A stretch of 55,957 bases of DNA. Origin: Gemmatimonadota bacterium (GTDB lineage: Bacteria; Gemmatimonadota; Gemmatimonadetes; Palauibacterales; Palauibacteraceae). The translations under genes and the position numbers were made by a program. The first letter of the stretch is position 1. Every line of letters begins with the position of its first letter. The DNA lies in the NCBI GenBank assembly GCA_039588275.1, contig JBDHAC010000022.1, forward strand, positions 1-55,957, read 5' to 3'. Below the pieces are notes generated by a model, which ran no database searches, was not told the origin of the DNA, and saw only the letters and a program-made list of their open reading frames with translations. Below, one piece after another: positions 7,717 through 17,581 of this stretch.

Positions 7717-10233
7717 TCACGTGGTGCGAAATAGCCGTACGTACTCTTCGATGTTCGTACGGATGTCGAAGTGGGACAGCACTTTCTCACGACCTGCGCG
7801 GCCCATCCGGCGCCGCAGGGGCCGATCTGCCAACAGTCGCTCTAACGCGTCGGCCAACGCCACCGAATCCCCAGGCTCCACCAGAAGGCCGGTTACGTCG
7901 TGGTCGACCAGCTCGGGTATGCCGCCGACGGGAGTAGACACGACGGGCAGCGACATGGCCATCGCTTCGATTATGACGTTCGGAATGATGTCGCAGTCTC
8001 CATCCTCCGCTACGACACAGGCCAACACGAAGACGTCGGCAGACTCGTACGCCTTCTGCACGTTTCGAAAGGACTGTTTTCCGACAAGGTGGGTCGTCGG
8101 CTCGAGCCCCAGGCGGGCGTGAAGGCGTCGCAGCTCCAGCGAGTGATTGCGTTCGGCGGCCGTCGCATCTCCTACGATATCGAGCCGGTACTCGACGCTC
8201 CGCTCCCGCAAGTGCGCCACGCTGTGCAGCAGGACATTGAACCCTTTCTTGGGCACCAAGCGACCGACGGACAACAGTCGCGGCCCCCCGGGATCCGTGG
8301 CCCGATCGACGGGTGCTCGTAGCCGGGTCGGATCCACGCCGTTGTAGATCCTGTGGAGTACCGGGGCGCGACCCTCGAGCAAGCCGCCCAGGTGCCGTTG
8401 GTTGTACAGTGTGTTTGTGATCACGAACCGTGCGTGTCGGAGCTTCTCGGGAAGCACCCAGACTGCTCCCTGTCGATGGATCTCGTAGGCTCGCGCCTGA
8501 ACACTGTACGTCACGCCCGCCAGACGGCTGGCCACCAGGGCAATGAAGGCCTCGCGATCGGCCCAGGGGGCGTGGAGGTGGTCGATTCCCAGGTCTCCCG
8601 ATAGCCCCGCTACATACGCGGCCTCCAGGAACAACGCCGAATCGTCTCGTGGAGTCTTCCGCGCCTGGTAGCGTCGCGAGACCACGTAAACGATGAGGTT
8701 CAGCGTCTGGAGCGGCCGCCGGGTGAGGAAACGCACCAGGTATCGGCGAAGGCGTTTTCGGTTACGGGGGCGCAGGTACTCGACGTCACGACCCGCGGGC
8801 TCGGAAAGAGCGCCGCTTCCCGGCTCCGGCTCGGCAGCGAACACACGGACGCTCACCCCGGCCCGCCGAAGGGCGTCGATCTCGCGCCGTATGAAGGTCT
8901 CGCTCAACGTCGGGTAACGCCACAAAAGATACCCGATCGATGGATCGGCCGGACGATCAGACGCGGGTTGTCTCCTCCGGACTCCGAGTGGCCACCACGC
9001 GATCAGATCGGCCAATCGCCGATACACGACCTCAGCACGCACGGACAACAGCCGCACGCGAAACCTCGCTCGCCCGGCAAGCTCCAACCCCGCCCGGCCC
9101 ACGCGACGCGCTGCGCGGGCGACACCCAGTGGGTCTGGACCCAAACGGCCCCAGAGCCACATGCGCTTTCGGCCACCTGACAGGAACTCTCCGAGGATCG
9201 CCATGTCCTCTTCGAGTTGCGTGTCGTCTCCCTCCCAGAACAGGCCGTGGCACAAGGCGATCTTGGCGATGCGAAGTCGCTCGTCACGTCCTCCTGCGGC
9301 CAGGCTGTCCATCAGGTCGCGGAACTCCGGGAACGCTCTCGCCTCCCACAGGTCGACGCCCAGTTGGTGAAACTGCCGGAACATGTCGGACCGGTCTTCG
9401 CTCCCGAGGAGTTCCAACGCGGGGAGGGAACGGGCGGTCCGGGCTTTGCCTTCAAAGAAAGACGACACCCGCTCGAACTCGGCGTCCACCGCATAGGGGT
9501 GCAACAGATCCTGCTCCGCCCTCAGGAAGACCCCGTGGGCGAACGCCACCTGCGCGAAGAGCGCACACGGGTGCGCACTCTGCTCGAGCTGGCCAAAATG
9601 CCACCGAAGCCCGGCGGCGCGGTTGAGATGTCGGTACCTTCGCCCCTCCAGCAGGTACTTGCGGAACGTGTACAGAGGCGTGTACTCGGGCCGGTGCTCA
9701 CCCAGGGACGAGAACTCGACGGCTGTGTCATCCTCGGAATCGTCTATGTAGAGAGTGCGCCATCCCGATCGACGGATCTCCTCTCCGAAGTCCGTGTCGG
9801 GAGAAATCGAGTCTGGGAAGGAAGCGCTCTGGAAGCAGGCAGTGCGGAAGAGCTTCACACCCACCACACGACCGATCAGGGTATCGCGGAGCTGGCCCAC
9901 GACGATCCCCGCGTCATCGCTCATTCGGGCACGTAACCGCGAAACGGCATCGGGATCCAGCACCATGTCCGCATCGACCTGGACGAAGAATGGGCTCCGG
10001 ACCTTGGAAGCACCCAGGTTCAACGCACGGTGAAAGGGAACCACTCCGCGGACCACGACGATCTCGCGCAGTGACGGGGTCTGGGCGTATACGCTCTCCA
10101 AGGCGCGGTCGACGCTCGACTCGCCGATCGTCAGCACCACGGCGCTCACGTCCGAGCCTTCCCCCTCACCGGCTATTTCCGAGCGCTCGCAGGTCGGAGA
10201 CTCCGCGTCCAGGGCGCTTCCATCCTCCGACAT
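7717..10233 (-). CDS. Fused GT2-like + GT4 (WcaL-like) glycosyltransferase, 838 aa
   Basis: Likely start ATG 10233 (MSEDG), 9 bp after the methyltransferase stop. N-terminal VQVDADM (DxD). C-terminal YPTLSETFI, SVGRLVPKKG, PNVIIEAMA and GGIPELV. Confidence 0.85.
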   Translation of the reverse strand: MSEDGSALDAESPTCERSEIAGEGEGSDVSAVVLTIGESSVDRALESVYAQTPSLREIVVVRGVVPFHRALNLGASKVRSPFFVQVDADMVLDPDAVSRLRARMSDDAGIVVGQLRDTLIGRVVGVKLFRTACFQSASFPDSISPDTDFGEEIRRSGWRTLYIDDSEDDTAVEFSSLGEHRPEYTPLYTFRKYLLEGRRYRHLNRAAGLRWHFGQLEQSAHPCALFAQVAFAHGVFLRAEQDLLHPYAVDAEFERVSSFFEGKARTARSLPALELLGSEDRSDMFRQFHQLGVDLWEARAFPEFRDLMDSLAAGGRDERLRIAKIALCHGLFWEGDDTQLEEDMAILGEFLSGGRKRMWLWGRLGPDPLGVARAARRVGRAGLELAGRARFRVRLLSVRAEVVYRRLADLIAWWPLGVRRRQPASDRPADPSIGYLLWRYPTLSETFIRREIDALRRAGVSVRVFAAEPEPGSGALSEPAGRDVEYLRPRNRKRLRRYLVRFLTRRPLQTLNLIVYVVSRRYQARKTPRDDSALFLEAAYVAGLSGDLGIDHLHAPWADREAFIALVASRLAGVTYSVQARAYEIHRQGAVWVLPEKLRHARFVITNTLYNQRHLGGLLEGRAPVLHRIYNGVDPTRLRAPVDRATDPGGPRLLSVGRLVPKKGFNVLLHSVAHLRERSVEYRLDIVGDATAAERNHSLELRRLHARLGLEPTTHLVGKQSFRNVQKAYESADVFVLACVVAEDGDCDIIPNVIIEAMAMSLPVVSTPVGGIPELVDHDVTGLLVEPGDSVALADALERLLADRPLRRRMGRAGREKVLSHFDIRTNIEEYVRLFRTT

Positions 10234-10241
10234 ACTTCGGC

Positions 10242-11156
10242 TCAGACCTCGGCCACGATTCGGATCGGGAAGAAGCGGCTCAGCGCGCCACGCTCGCTCC
10301 ACAGCACGCGCGTGCCGAAGGGCAGCGCGCTGAGCCCCGTCTCGACGAGTCGGTATGTCGCGACCGATACAAGGCGGGATCCGTTGTCGTTCGGAATCAT
10401 GAAGCCGATGCGTGAGAACCCCGCCTTTCGGAACATTCGGTGGAGCTCGGTGCCGGTGTATTCCTTCAGGTGAAAGCCGGTCGCTACCCGGGAGAAGTAC
10501 TTGGAGATGTCGTGCGGCCCCGTGATCCGTGGTGGTGTGACGCAGACACACCTTCCCCCCGGCGCAAGGACGCGGTGGGTCTCGCGTAGCGCGCCCTCGG
10601 CATCCTCCGGATGCAGGTGCTCGATCACCTGGTCGCTGTAGACGAGATCGACGCTTTGCGGCGCTAGCGGCAGTTCGCAGGCGTTGGCGATGATCAGCCG
10701 GAGATTGCCGAGAGCGCGCCCGGGCTCGGTGATGTGCTGTGACACGTCGACCGCATACACGCGAGCCACACGTTGCGCGACCTCGCACGACAGCGCGCAG
10801 TCGCCGGCACCGAGCTCGAGAAACCGGAGCTCGGGGTAGAGCAGGCTCGCAAGAGGCCCGAGCTGGCCTCGCACTCGGCGCTGCCTCTCCTCGGCATCGG
10901 CTCGCCTCGCGAGCTGAGGATGATCCGGAACACGGCGGAACAGCTCGTCGTAGAGGGCCGGGTAAAGAGCTCGCCGCGTCCTCCCGTCGGCGCGACGGAG
11001 GGACTGCGCCAACTTTCTCTCCACCTCGTAATGTTCCCGCAGCCGCTCCGCCGTTCGCCCGCCCTCCGTTTCGGATGGCCGCGGAAGCGAAACACGACCG
11101 GCGGGCCGGGCGTCAGAAGACCCGGAGAATCTCCACCAGTTCCGCATACGACTCAC
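10242..11156 (-). CDS. Class I SAM-dependent methyltransferase
   Basis: FLELGAGDC motif I, AVDVS, SDQVIEHL and RVLAPGG. Confidence 0.9.
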   Translation of the reverse strand: MSRMRNWWRFSGSSDARPAGRVSLPRPSETEGGRTAERLREHYEVERKLAQSLRRADGRTRRALYPALYDELFRRVPDHPQLARRADAEERQRRVRGQLGPLASLLYPELRFLELGAGDCALSCEVAQRVARVYAVDVSQHITEPGRALGNLRLIIANACELPLAPQSVDLVYSDQVIEHLHPEDAEGALRETHRVLAPGGRCVCVTPPRITGPHDISKYFSRVATGFHLKEYTGTELHRMFRKAGFSRIGFMIPNDNGSRLVSVATYRLVETGLSALPFGTRVLWSERGALSRFFPIRIVAEV

Positions 11157-12279
11157 GGCCTAAGAAAAAGTCGATTCCATCGGGCAGCTTCTGCTTAAGG
11201 GAGCGGCGGATCCGGCTCGCGTAATTGGCGACTCGCGGCGGGTCCACAAGCAGATCGGGATGACAGAGACGCCAGTTCCCGGCGTTCTTCGACGTCACGA
11301 CGTTACAGCCCATAGCCGATGCCTCGAAGAGGATCCCGGGCGCCGAGTCGAGCCGCGAAGGACACACGACTGTCTTGGCGTTGCCCATAAGGGCGAACAC
11401 TTGCCCGTGGTCGGTCACGAGACCCTCGGTCACGACATCGGGCAGCTCAACGGGCACTTCGCCCACCACATGAACCTGCGCTCCCGCAAGCTGTCGCACG
11501 ATCTTCCGGACAAGCGGCCAATTCTTCTCCGGTCTCCGCCAGTCGCTCGCGATGAAGAGGACGTCGATCTCGCGCCGCTCGAACGCCCGCCGCAGATCGG
11601 CATGGTCGAGCGCCTCTTCCTGGATCCACTCCGCGAACCAGACGACCTCGGGGTGGACTTTTCCGGTCCACTCCGGATAGAAGCGACAGATATGCTCTTT
11701 CGTCTGATCGGAGTGGGTGATGACGAGGTCGGCTCGCGCGACGACCCGAGGCTCCTGTCTCTCAGGAAGCGGCCAACGACCGCGCCCTCTCAAGACTCGC
11801 AGGAGGGCGCGCTCGTCTCGCACCCCCCTCTCGAGGTAGGCCTGTGACTGGCGGCACCCGACCGTGAGGAACACCAGGGGAAGATCCGGAGCCGCCTCCA
11901 TGAGAATGCGGGCGCCAATGTACCCGACCCCCAGCAGCAGGTCGGGAGACTGCTCGCGGATGAACGAGGTGAGCTCGGAATCTCGGTCCGCCCAGTTGTC
12001 ACGCACCGGCCAGGTACGGACTCCCGGTAAGCGCTCCGGGTTGCCGGCCGTCTCACCGAAGTGGTGGCGAAAGAAGAAGACGTCGCGTTTGAGGATGAAG
12101 TTCACGAGTGAGACCTCGAGGCCACTCGCCAGAAGCCTCCTGTAGAGACCGTAAGTGGCTGTGCTCGCGCCTCCGTACCCCGGAATCTCGAAGCACCCGA
12201 CGAGAATCCGCTTTCCGCGTCCCTGCCCCGGTCGATTCGAGACCGGCGCTGTTGCTCCGCGGCCATCCGACGCTGTCAT
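11113..12279 (-). CDS. GT4-like (GT-B) glycosyltransferase
   Basis: ATG 12279 overlaps the asnB stop (ATGA). GYGGA, PEKN and SAPGILFEASAMGCNVV motifs. Confidence 0.8.
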   Translation of the reverse strand: MTASDGRGATAPVSNRPGQGRGKRILVGCFEIPGYGGASTATYGLYRRLLASGLEVSLVNFILKRDVFFFRHHFGETAGNPERLPGVRTWPVRDNWADRDSELTSFIREQSPDLLLGVGYIGARILMEAAPDLPLVFLTVGCRQSQAYLERGVRDERALLRVLRGRGRWPLPERQEPRVVARADLVITHSDQTKEHICRFYPEWTGKVHPEVVWFAEWIQEEALDHADLRRAFERREIDVLFIASDWRRPEKNWPLVRKIVRQLAGAQVHVVGEVPVELPDVVTEGLVTDHGQVFALMGNAKTVVCPSRLDSAPGILFEASAMGCNVVTSKNAGNWRLCHPDLLVDPPRVANYASRIRRSLKQKLPDGIDFFLGRESYAELVEILRVF

Positions 12280-14168
12280 CGGTATGCGACCCGGGCGCCC
12301 CGTCTCGCGAAGTAGCGCTCCTCCCACAGAGAGAGGCTCAGCAGACGCCACAAAGCGTACGGGATGTCCTCGGTCCTTCTCAGGTGTCGGTCGTAGCTGT
12401 CCCGGAGCGCAGCCCGGCGCAGTGGCAAGCCGAGCAGCTCATCACGAGCCAGGAGGTTGTCCTCGAGTAGGGGCCGGAGCTCGTTGCGGAGCCAATCCCC
12501 CATCGGCACGGAGAAGCCCTGTTTCCCGGGGCTCGCGTGACCCGCTCGCAGCTCGAGGAGTTGCCTGAGCGGAAGCTTTCCGACGCGCTTCTCGACATCC
12601 AGACAAGACCGCCAGTCGGTACGAGTCGCCACGTCCAGCACTTCTTTGTCGAGAAGCGGGACACGAACTTCGAGCGAATGGTACATGCTCGCCCGATCTA
12701 CCTTGAGCAGGACACGGGGCAGATGTCCGCTGAACTCGTTCCAACGGATCCATTGCGCGACCTCGTCGGGATCGGAGCTTTCACAATCGAAGAGAGCACA
12801 GTCGGACGGCCAGGGCGGCAACGTGGCAAACACATCCTCCAGCCAGGGCAGCGCCACGAAGCGTTGCCGACGCAAGTAAGCCTCGCCCGACGCCGGGCCC
12901 GAGTCTCGCGGAGTGAGCCGCCCGCGTGCCCATCGCCGAACCCCTTGCGAAAGACGCCGGACGCTCGTCCGCATCCCCTGGCGTCCGTCGGCGGATCCGT
13001 TCTTGAGAAGTGGCTCCAAGACGCTGCACTGGCGCGCTACGTAACCCCAGAACACATCGTCGCCCCCATCGCCGGACAGCAGGACCTTGACGTGCGGGCT
13101 GGCCGACTCACACACGAGAAACGTGGGGAAGAGTGAGTAGTCCTCTAGCGGATCGGCACACGACTCCAGGACACGCGCCAAAGCATCACAGGCCTCGCGG
13201 TGCCCGACCCGCCGCACGTGGTGTACGAGTCCGAGCCGCCGCGCGTACGCTCGTGCATCGGGCGATTCGTCGAATGCCGGATCCTCACTGGCGAGGGTGA
13301 ACGCCGGGATCTCGTCGCCGCTCGCCTCACGCATCTCCGCTGCCACGAGCGGTGAATCGATCCCGCCCGAGAGGAGGGCGCCCACGGGCACGTCGCTTAC
13401 CATCTGGCGTCTCACTGCCCTGCTGATCGCCTCGCCCACTGCCTCCACGGCCTCCTCTCCGCGTAGATCCGCACGGCGGTGGACCGGAAATGTGAAGTGC
13501 CTTCCGGCCTGCACGCTCGCATTCGAGCGGACGCGGATCCACGTCCCTGGCTCGAGCATGTGCGTGTCTTCCAGAAGCGTGTATGGCGCCGGCACGTGCC
13601 CCAGATGGAGGTAGAGGGCCAGCCCCTCCCGCCGCAGGCCTCGCGTCTGCGCCCAATCGTGGGACAGGATCTGGTCGAATTGAGATGCGAAGAGCAGCCC
13701 CTCCGGGCCGAGCAGGTAGTAGAGCGGCTTGATACCGGCGTGATCACGGGCGAGTACGAGACTCCGGTCTCGCGTGTCATAGAACGCGAGGGCGAACATC
13801 CCGTTGAAGCGGCGGAGCGCGTCGGGCCCCCATCGGGCGAGCGCGTACAAAGCCACCTCCGTGTCGCCGCTGGAGCGAAATCGGGTGCCGTGTCCCTCGA
13901 GCTCCCGCCGCAGCTCGCCGAAGTTGTAGCATTCGCCGTTGAACGCCAGTGCGTACCGCCCGTCCGCAGAGACCATCGGCTGGTGAGCGGCAGAGCTGGT
14001 ATCCAGAATGCTGAGACGGCGGACGGCCATGACGCAGGAGGACCGGTCCGTCCACAGGCCGTCGTCGTCCGGACCGCGTCGCCGCATCAGCCGGCTCGTC
14101 GTGCGCATGCCCTCGAGGGCGCTGAGCGCTTCCTCCTGGAACGACAGAAGCCCGGCGATTCCACACAT
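12276..14168 (-). CDS. asnB: Asparagine synthase (glutamine-hydrolysing) family amidotransferase, probably polysaccharide amidation
   Basis: N-terminal MCGIAG nucleophile, RRGPD, FNGECYN, LSGGIDS and KVDRASM...EVRVP. Confidence 0.93.
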   Translation of the reverse strand: MCGIAGLLSFQEEALSALEGMRTTSRLMRRRGPDDDGLWTDRSSCVMAVRRLSILDTSSAAHQPMVSADGRYALAFNGECYNFGELRRELEGHGTRFRSSGDTEVALYALARWGPDALRRFNGMFALAFYDTRDRSLVLARDHAGIKPLYYLLGPEGLLFASQFDQILSHDWAQTRGLRREGLALYLHLGHVPAPYTLLEDTHMLEPGTWIRVRSNASVQAGRHFTFPVHRRADLRGEEAVEAVGEAISRAVRRQMVSDVPVGALLSGGIDSPLVAAEMREASGDEIPAFTLASEDPAFDESPDARAYARRLGLVHHVRRVGHREACDALARVLESCADPLEDYSLFPTFLVCESASPHVKVLLSGDGGDDVFWGYVARQCSVLEPLLKNGSADGRQGMRTSVRRLSQGVRRWARGRLTPRDSGPASGEAYLRRQRFVALPWLEDVFATLPPWPSDCALFDCESSDPDEVAQWIRWNEFSGHLPRVLLKVDRASMYHSLEVRVPLLDKEVLDVATRTDWRSCLDVEKRVGKLPLRQLLELRAGHASPGKQGFSVPMGDWLRNELRPLLEDNLLARDELLGLPLRRAALRDSYDRHLRRTEDIPYALWRLLSLSLWEERYFARRGARVAYR

Positions 14169-14169
14169 G

Positions 14170-15150
14170 TCAGCGCACGGCCCGGCCTCTTTCGGCCCTC
14201 CAACTTCTGAATCGACGGCCGAGCTCGCCGGTCAGGTGACCGACGAGCTTACCGGATTCGAACACCACCGCGCAGAGCGACTCGAACGATTCGGGGTTCC
14301 GCAGACAGCCAACCGCGTTGCGACCGAGGCGCCGGAGGATCGACGCCATGTACGTCCACGGCCGGTACCTGAGGAACGCCTGGTGCTTGCGGTGGACGCG
14401 CAGGTTGTGATGACCGTGAACGAAACCCTCCCGGAAGAGGCCGCCGAACGAGCGTTCGTTCAGATGGTAGACCTTGGCCTCCGAGCTGTACACGAGACGA
14501 TACCCGGACTGCTGCATCCGGTACGCGAGGTCGACGTCCTGGCCCCGGAGAAGCGTTTCGTCGAAGAGCCCCACGCGGTGGATGACCGAAGCCCGAGAGG
14601 CCCAGTTCCCCGTAGCGGCGTACGGTGGTATGAACTCCTCGATCGCGCGGCGGTGATCGTGGATGCGTTCGCCGAAGAGCTCGATTCGGTTACACGGTCT
14701 GCGGGCCAGGATTCGACCACCCACGATCCCCACCGTCTCGTCCGTGAGCGGAGGCAGCAAGTGGGTGAGCCAGTCGCGATCCACGATGCAGTCGGCATCG
14801 GTGAGCGCGATCAGCTGTCCCCGAGCTGCGCGGATCCCCGCGTTTCGCGCAGCTGCTGATCCCGGCCTGCTCACCTGTAGAACCCGGATGTCGGACTTGT
14901 AGCGATCAAGAATAACGGCGGTCTCGTCTGTCGAGGCGTTGTCGACCACTATCAATTCCATCCGCTCGCCTAGATAGTCCTGGTCGAGGATCGAGCGGAT
15001 GCATGGCTCGATAGAGGCCGCCCCGTTGAAGACGGCGACGATGACGCTGACCGACAGCCTTTCCTCTGCGCCCCCGGGGGCCTCCTGACTGGGGGGACTC
15101 AGCGGCACTCCGCCTGCCCCGTGCCGCGAGGATTGTTGATCCGCTGCCAC
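14170..15150 (-). CDS. GT2 glycosyltransferase
   Basis: VSVIVAVFN, VVDNASTD, AARNAG, LTDADC and GQDVDL. Confidence 0.92.
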   Translation of the reverse strand: MAADQQSSRHGAGGVPLSPPSQEAPGGAEERLSVSVIVAVFNGAASIEPCIRSILDQDYLGERMELIVVDNASTDETAVILDRYKSDIRVLQVSRPGSAAARNAGIRAARGQLIALTDADCIVDRDWLTHLLPPLTDETVGIVGGRILARRPCNRIELFGERIHDHRRAIEEFIPPYAATGNWASRASVIHRVGLFDETLLRGQDVDLAYRMQQSGYRLVYSSEAKVYHLNERSFGGLFREGFVHGHHNLRVHRKHQAFLRYRPWTYMASILRRLGRNAVGCLRNPESFESLCAVVFESGKLVGHLTGELGRRFRSWRAERGRAVR

Positions 15151-15341
15151 ACTTCCAACGCCCGTTCACGACCTCCGGATTGGAGTGAACCGTGCTTCGG
15201 TGCGTGATGCATTGAGAATCCGTGGTCAGGCCTATCTGGATGCACTTGATCGTGACCTCTCGTTCGGCGCAGGAACCGCGCCCCGCAACTCCCAAGGTCT
15301 TGTGGGGGCTCCGCGGACCGGGGTTCGCCCAACGCCTCCGT

Positions 15342-16271
15342 CTACCCGCGGACGCTGCCTCGAAACGAACCGCGGGTTCTGTCGACCGGATGGGTCAGCC
15401 CCACGCCGAAGCCCCGCATGAACGCGAACGCGGTCCGTATGCGGGATGGCCGACCGCCCAGTCCACGCGCGATCCTGGAGCGTCCCAACATCCACCGGAC
15501 GCCGAGGCGCAGCAACGGGACGAGCACGGCCCAATGACCCTGCCTCAGGGGCTTTGCCAACGCCGCACCGGTCCCGAACCAGTTGCGCTCGATCAGCTCG
15601 CCCCGATCCGACCAGCGGACGAAGCCGTGGTGCACCACCTCGGCACCCGGGATCTCCAGGACCTCGAAGCCGGCCTGCAGGGCGCGCATGCTGAAGTCGG
15701 CATCCTCCGCCGCGCGGAAGGGCGCACCCACGCCGAGCATTTCGTCGAACCCGCCCAGCACCTCCCACACGTCTCGCCGGAGGGCCATGCACGCGGAAGT
15801 TCCACCGATTAGGTGCTTGTCGCGAGGCCGGCGCGCCAGCGAGCGCGCCTCGCGAATGTAGGACGGGTGGAAGCCCGACTCGGTATCGGGGCCGCCCGGG
15901 CGAATGTTGCCGAACATGACCCCGACCTTGGGATTTGCCTCGAGCTCCGCCACGAGGCTCTGTAGCCAATCGCTCGTCGCCGAACAATCGTCCCCGGTGA
16001 TCGCGATCAGCGTGGCCTTCGTTTGCGCCACGCCCACGTTGAGCGCTGCCGAGATTCCCTGGGTGTCGCTCGGCAAGTGTCTCACCGGCGCCCGATCGAG
16101 CAGCTCCCCGAGGGCGGCGAGTGTTCGGTCATCTCGACTCTGATCGATGAGGAGCAACTCGTCGGGCACGAGCTTGCCGGCCAGGACTGTCCGAATCGTG
16201 CGGGTGGCTTGCCCGCCCCTGTCCCGGGTCGGGATGATAACGGCGACCGTTGACCTACCGGACTCTTGCAT
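15342..16271 (-). CDS. GT2 glycosyltransferase
   Basis: VIIPTRDR, IDQS, TGDDC, GGFDE and AAEDADF. Start overlaps the upstream stop. Confidence 0.9.
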   Translation of the reverse strand: MQESGRSTVAVIIPTRDRGGQATRTIRTVLAGKLVPDELLLIDQSRDDRTLAALGELLDRAPVRHLPSDTQGISAALNVGVAQTKATLIAITGDDCSATSDWLQSLVAELEANPKVGVMFGNIRPGGPDTESGFHPSYIREARSLARRPRDKHLIGGTSACMALRRDVWEVLGGFDEMLGVGAPFRAAEDADFSMRALQAGFEVLEIPGAEVVHHGFVRWSDRGELIERNWFGTGAALAKPLRQGHWAVLVPLLRLGVRWMLGRSRIARGLGGRPSRIRTAFAFMRGFGVGLTHPVDRTRGSFRGSVRG

Positions 16272-17485
16272 CAGTCGCCACGCGGAGCGGTCCTCCGGTT
16301 CACGATATCGGATAGGACGTGGTCGAGGCGCCTACCCAGATCCTCCCAGCGGTGCCATCGCTCGACATACCGGCGTGCCGAGCGACCGAGCCGCGCTCGC
16401 CGGTTCGGATCTTCGAGGAGCATTACGAGCTCGCTGGCAAAGCCGTCGGGTTCATCAGCCCGGCGCAAGCCCTCGCACGGGTCTCGACCGAGCCCCTCGA
16501 GAGCGGAGGACGACGAGACAACGGGAAGACCCATGGCCATGGCCTCGAGGATCTTGTTCTGGACCCCCTGTACCCTCTGGAAGGGTGCTACCGCGACCGC
16601 TGCCATCGCCAGGTAGGGGCGAACATCGGGGACCGTTCCGGTAATAGTCACCGCTGGATCACGAGCCAGGGATCGCACGGCCGCATTTGGATTCCGTCCT
16701 ACGATGAGAAAGCGGACATCCGGACAGGAAGAGCGGACGAGAGGGAGAATCTCCGAGCAGAAGTATCGAACGGCATTGACATTCGGAGAGTAGTCCATGC
16801 TTCCGGTGAACACAATTACCCGCGAGTCAGCGTCTCCCGCACGCCCGTCAGCAGGCTGGAAGTACTCGAGATCGACACCGTTCCCGACGACCTCCGCCTC
16901 GACCGGACCCACGCGACGCTTGAATAGCGCCAACTCCGCTTCGGATACGAAGATCGTCCCGTCGAACTCCCTGGCGATCCCCGCCTCGTACCGCGCCAGC
17001 CTTTCCGCTTCGATCCGATCCGCCCAGGACCATGGTGGCCTTTGCGCGTCGCCACGGGCCCGCCAGAATTCCGAGTACACGTCCATGAAGTCCACGACTT
17101 TCGGAATGCCTGTCACCCAGCGGACCGTCTCGGCGGTGTATACCGTCGATGCGATGATGACGTCCACGGGCGCGGAGGCCAGCACCTTCGCGACCGCTCG
17201 GGACAAGGCCCTGGAATGGTACGTGCCCCTCGACCTGGGGAACCCGCGAGCCAGGGCGATGGCTTCGCGAGAGATGCTCTTGACTGCCGAATCGCGGACC
17301 CAACCTACGGTCGCGCACTGGGCTGCCAGAACCTTCAACGAGTCCTCCGCGTCGTGCCGCCGAACGGGGCAGACCAGATGTACTTGCCCATGTTTCCCGA
17401 GATGGCGGATCTGATGGAAAGCGCGGATACGCTCGCCTTTGTCCGGCGGATGGGGTACGCGGTACGCGACGTAAAGAACTCTCAA
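16271..17485 (-). CDS. GT4 glycosyltransferase resembling TIGR03087 (PEP-CTERM/XrtA-associated sugar transferase)
   Basis: RVPHPPDKGERIRAFHQ, DFMDVYSE, FTGSMDYSPN and GVQNKILEAMA. Confidence 0.88.
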   Translation of the reverse strand: MRVLYVAYRVPHPPDKGERIRAFHQIRHLGKHGQVHLVCPVRRHDAEDSLKVLAAQCATVGWVRDSAVKSISREAIALARGFPRSRGTYHSRALSRAVAKVLASAPVDVIIASTVYTAETVRWVTGIPKVVDFMDVYSEFWRARGDAQRPPWSWADRIEAERLARYEAGIAREFDGTIFVSEAELALFKRRVGPVEAEVVGNGVDLEYFQPADGRAGDADSRVIVFTGSMDYSPNVNAVRYFCSEILPLVRSSCPDVRFLIVGRNPNAAVRSLARDPAVTITGTVPDVRPYLAMAAVAVAPFQRVQGVQNKILEAMAMGLPVVSSSSALEGLGRDPCEGLRRADEPDGFASELVMLLEDPNRRARLGRSARRYVERWHRWEDLGRRLDHVLSDIVNRRTAPRGD

Positions 17486-17581
17486 AGATTTCGCGCTATC
17501 TCAATTCACGTCGCATCTCGGACTCGGGGAAGGCACCAACGCCTCGCCGGAGCTACCCGATGGCGACGTCCCCGAGGGGGT

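Noticed and set aside
10234..10788. 185-aa N-terminal extension making the dual GT 1023 aa
   Set aside because: Overlaps the methyltransferase in another frame and is low-complexity Arg-rich. ATG 10233 fits operon spacing.
12276..14168. AsnB as a lasso-peptide cyclase
   Set aside because: It has an intact N-terminal Cys glutaminase domain, glycosyltransferase context, and no B1/B2 or precursor genes.
15151..15341. 190-bp gap in the polysaccharide locus as a JUMPstart/ops element
   Set aside because: No GGCGGTAG ops core is seen. It may hold an internal promoter, but nothing can be supported.
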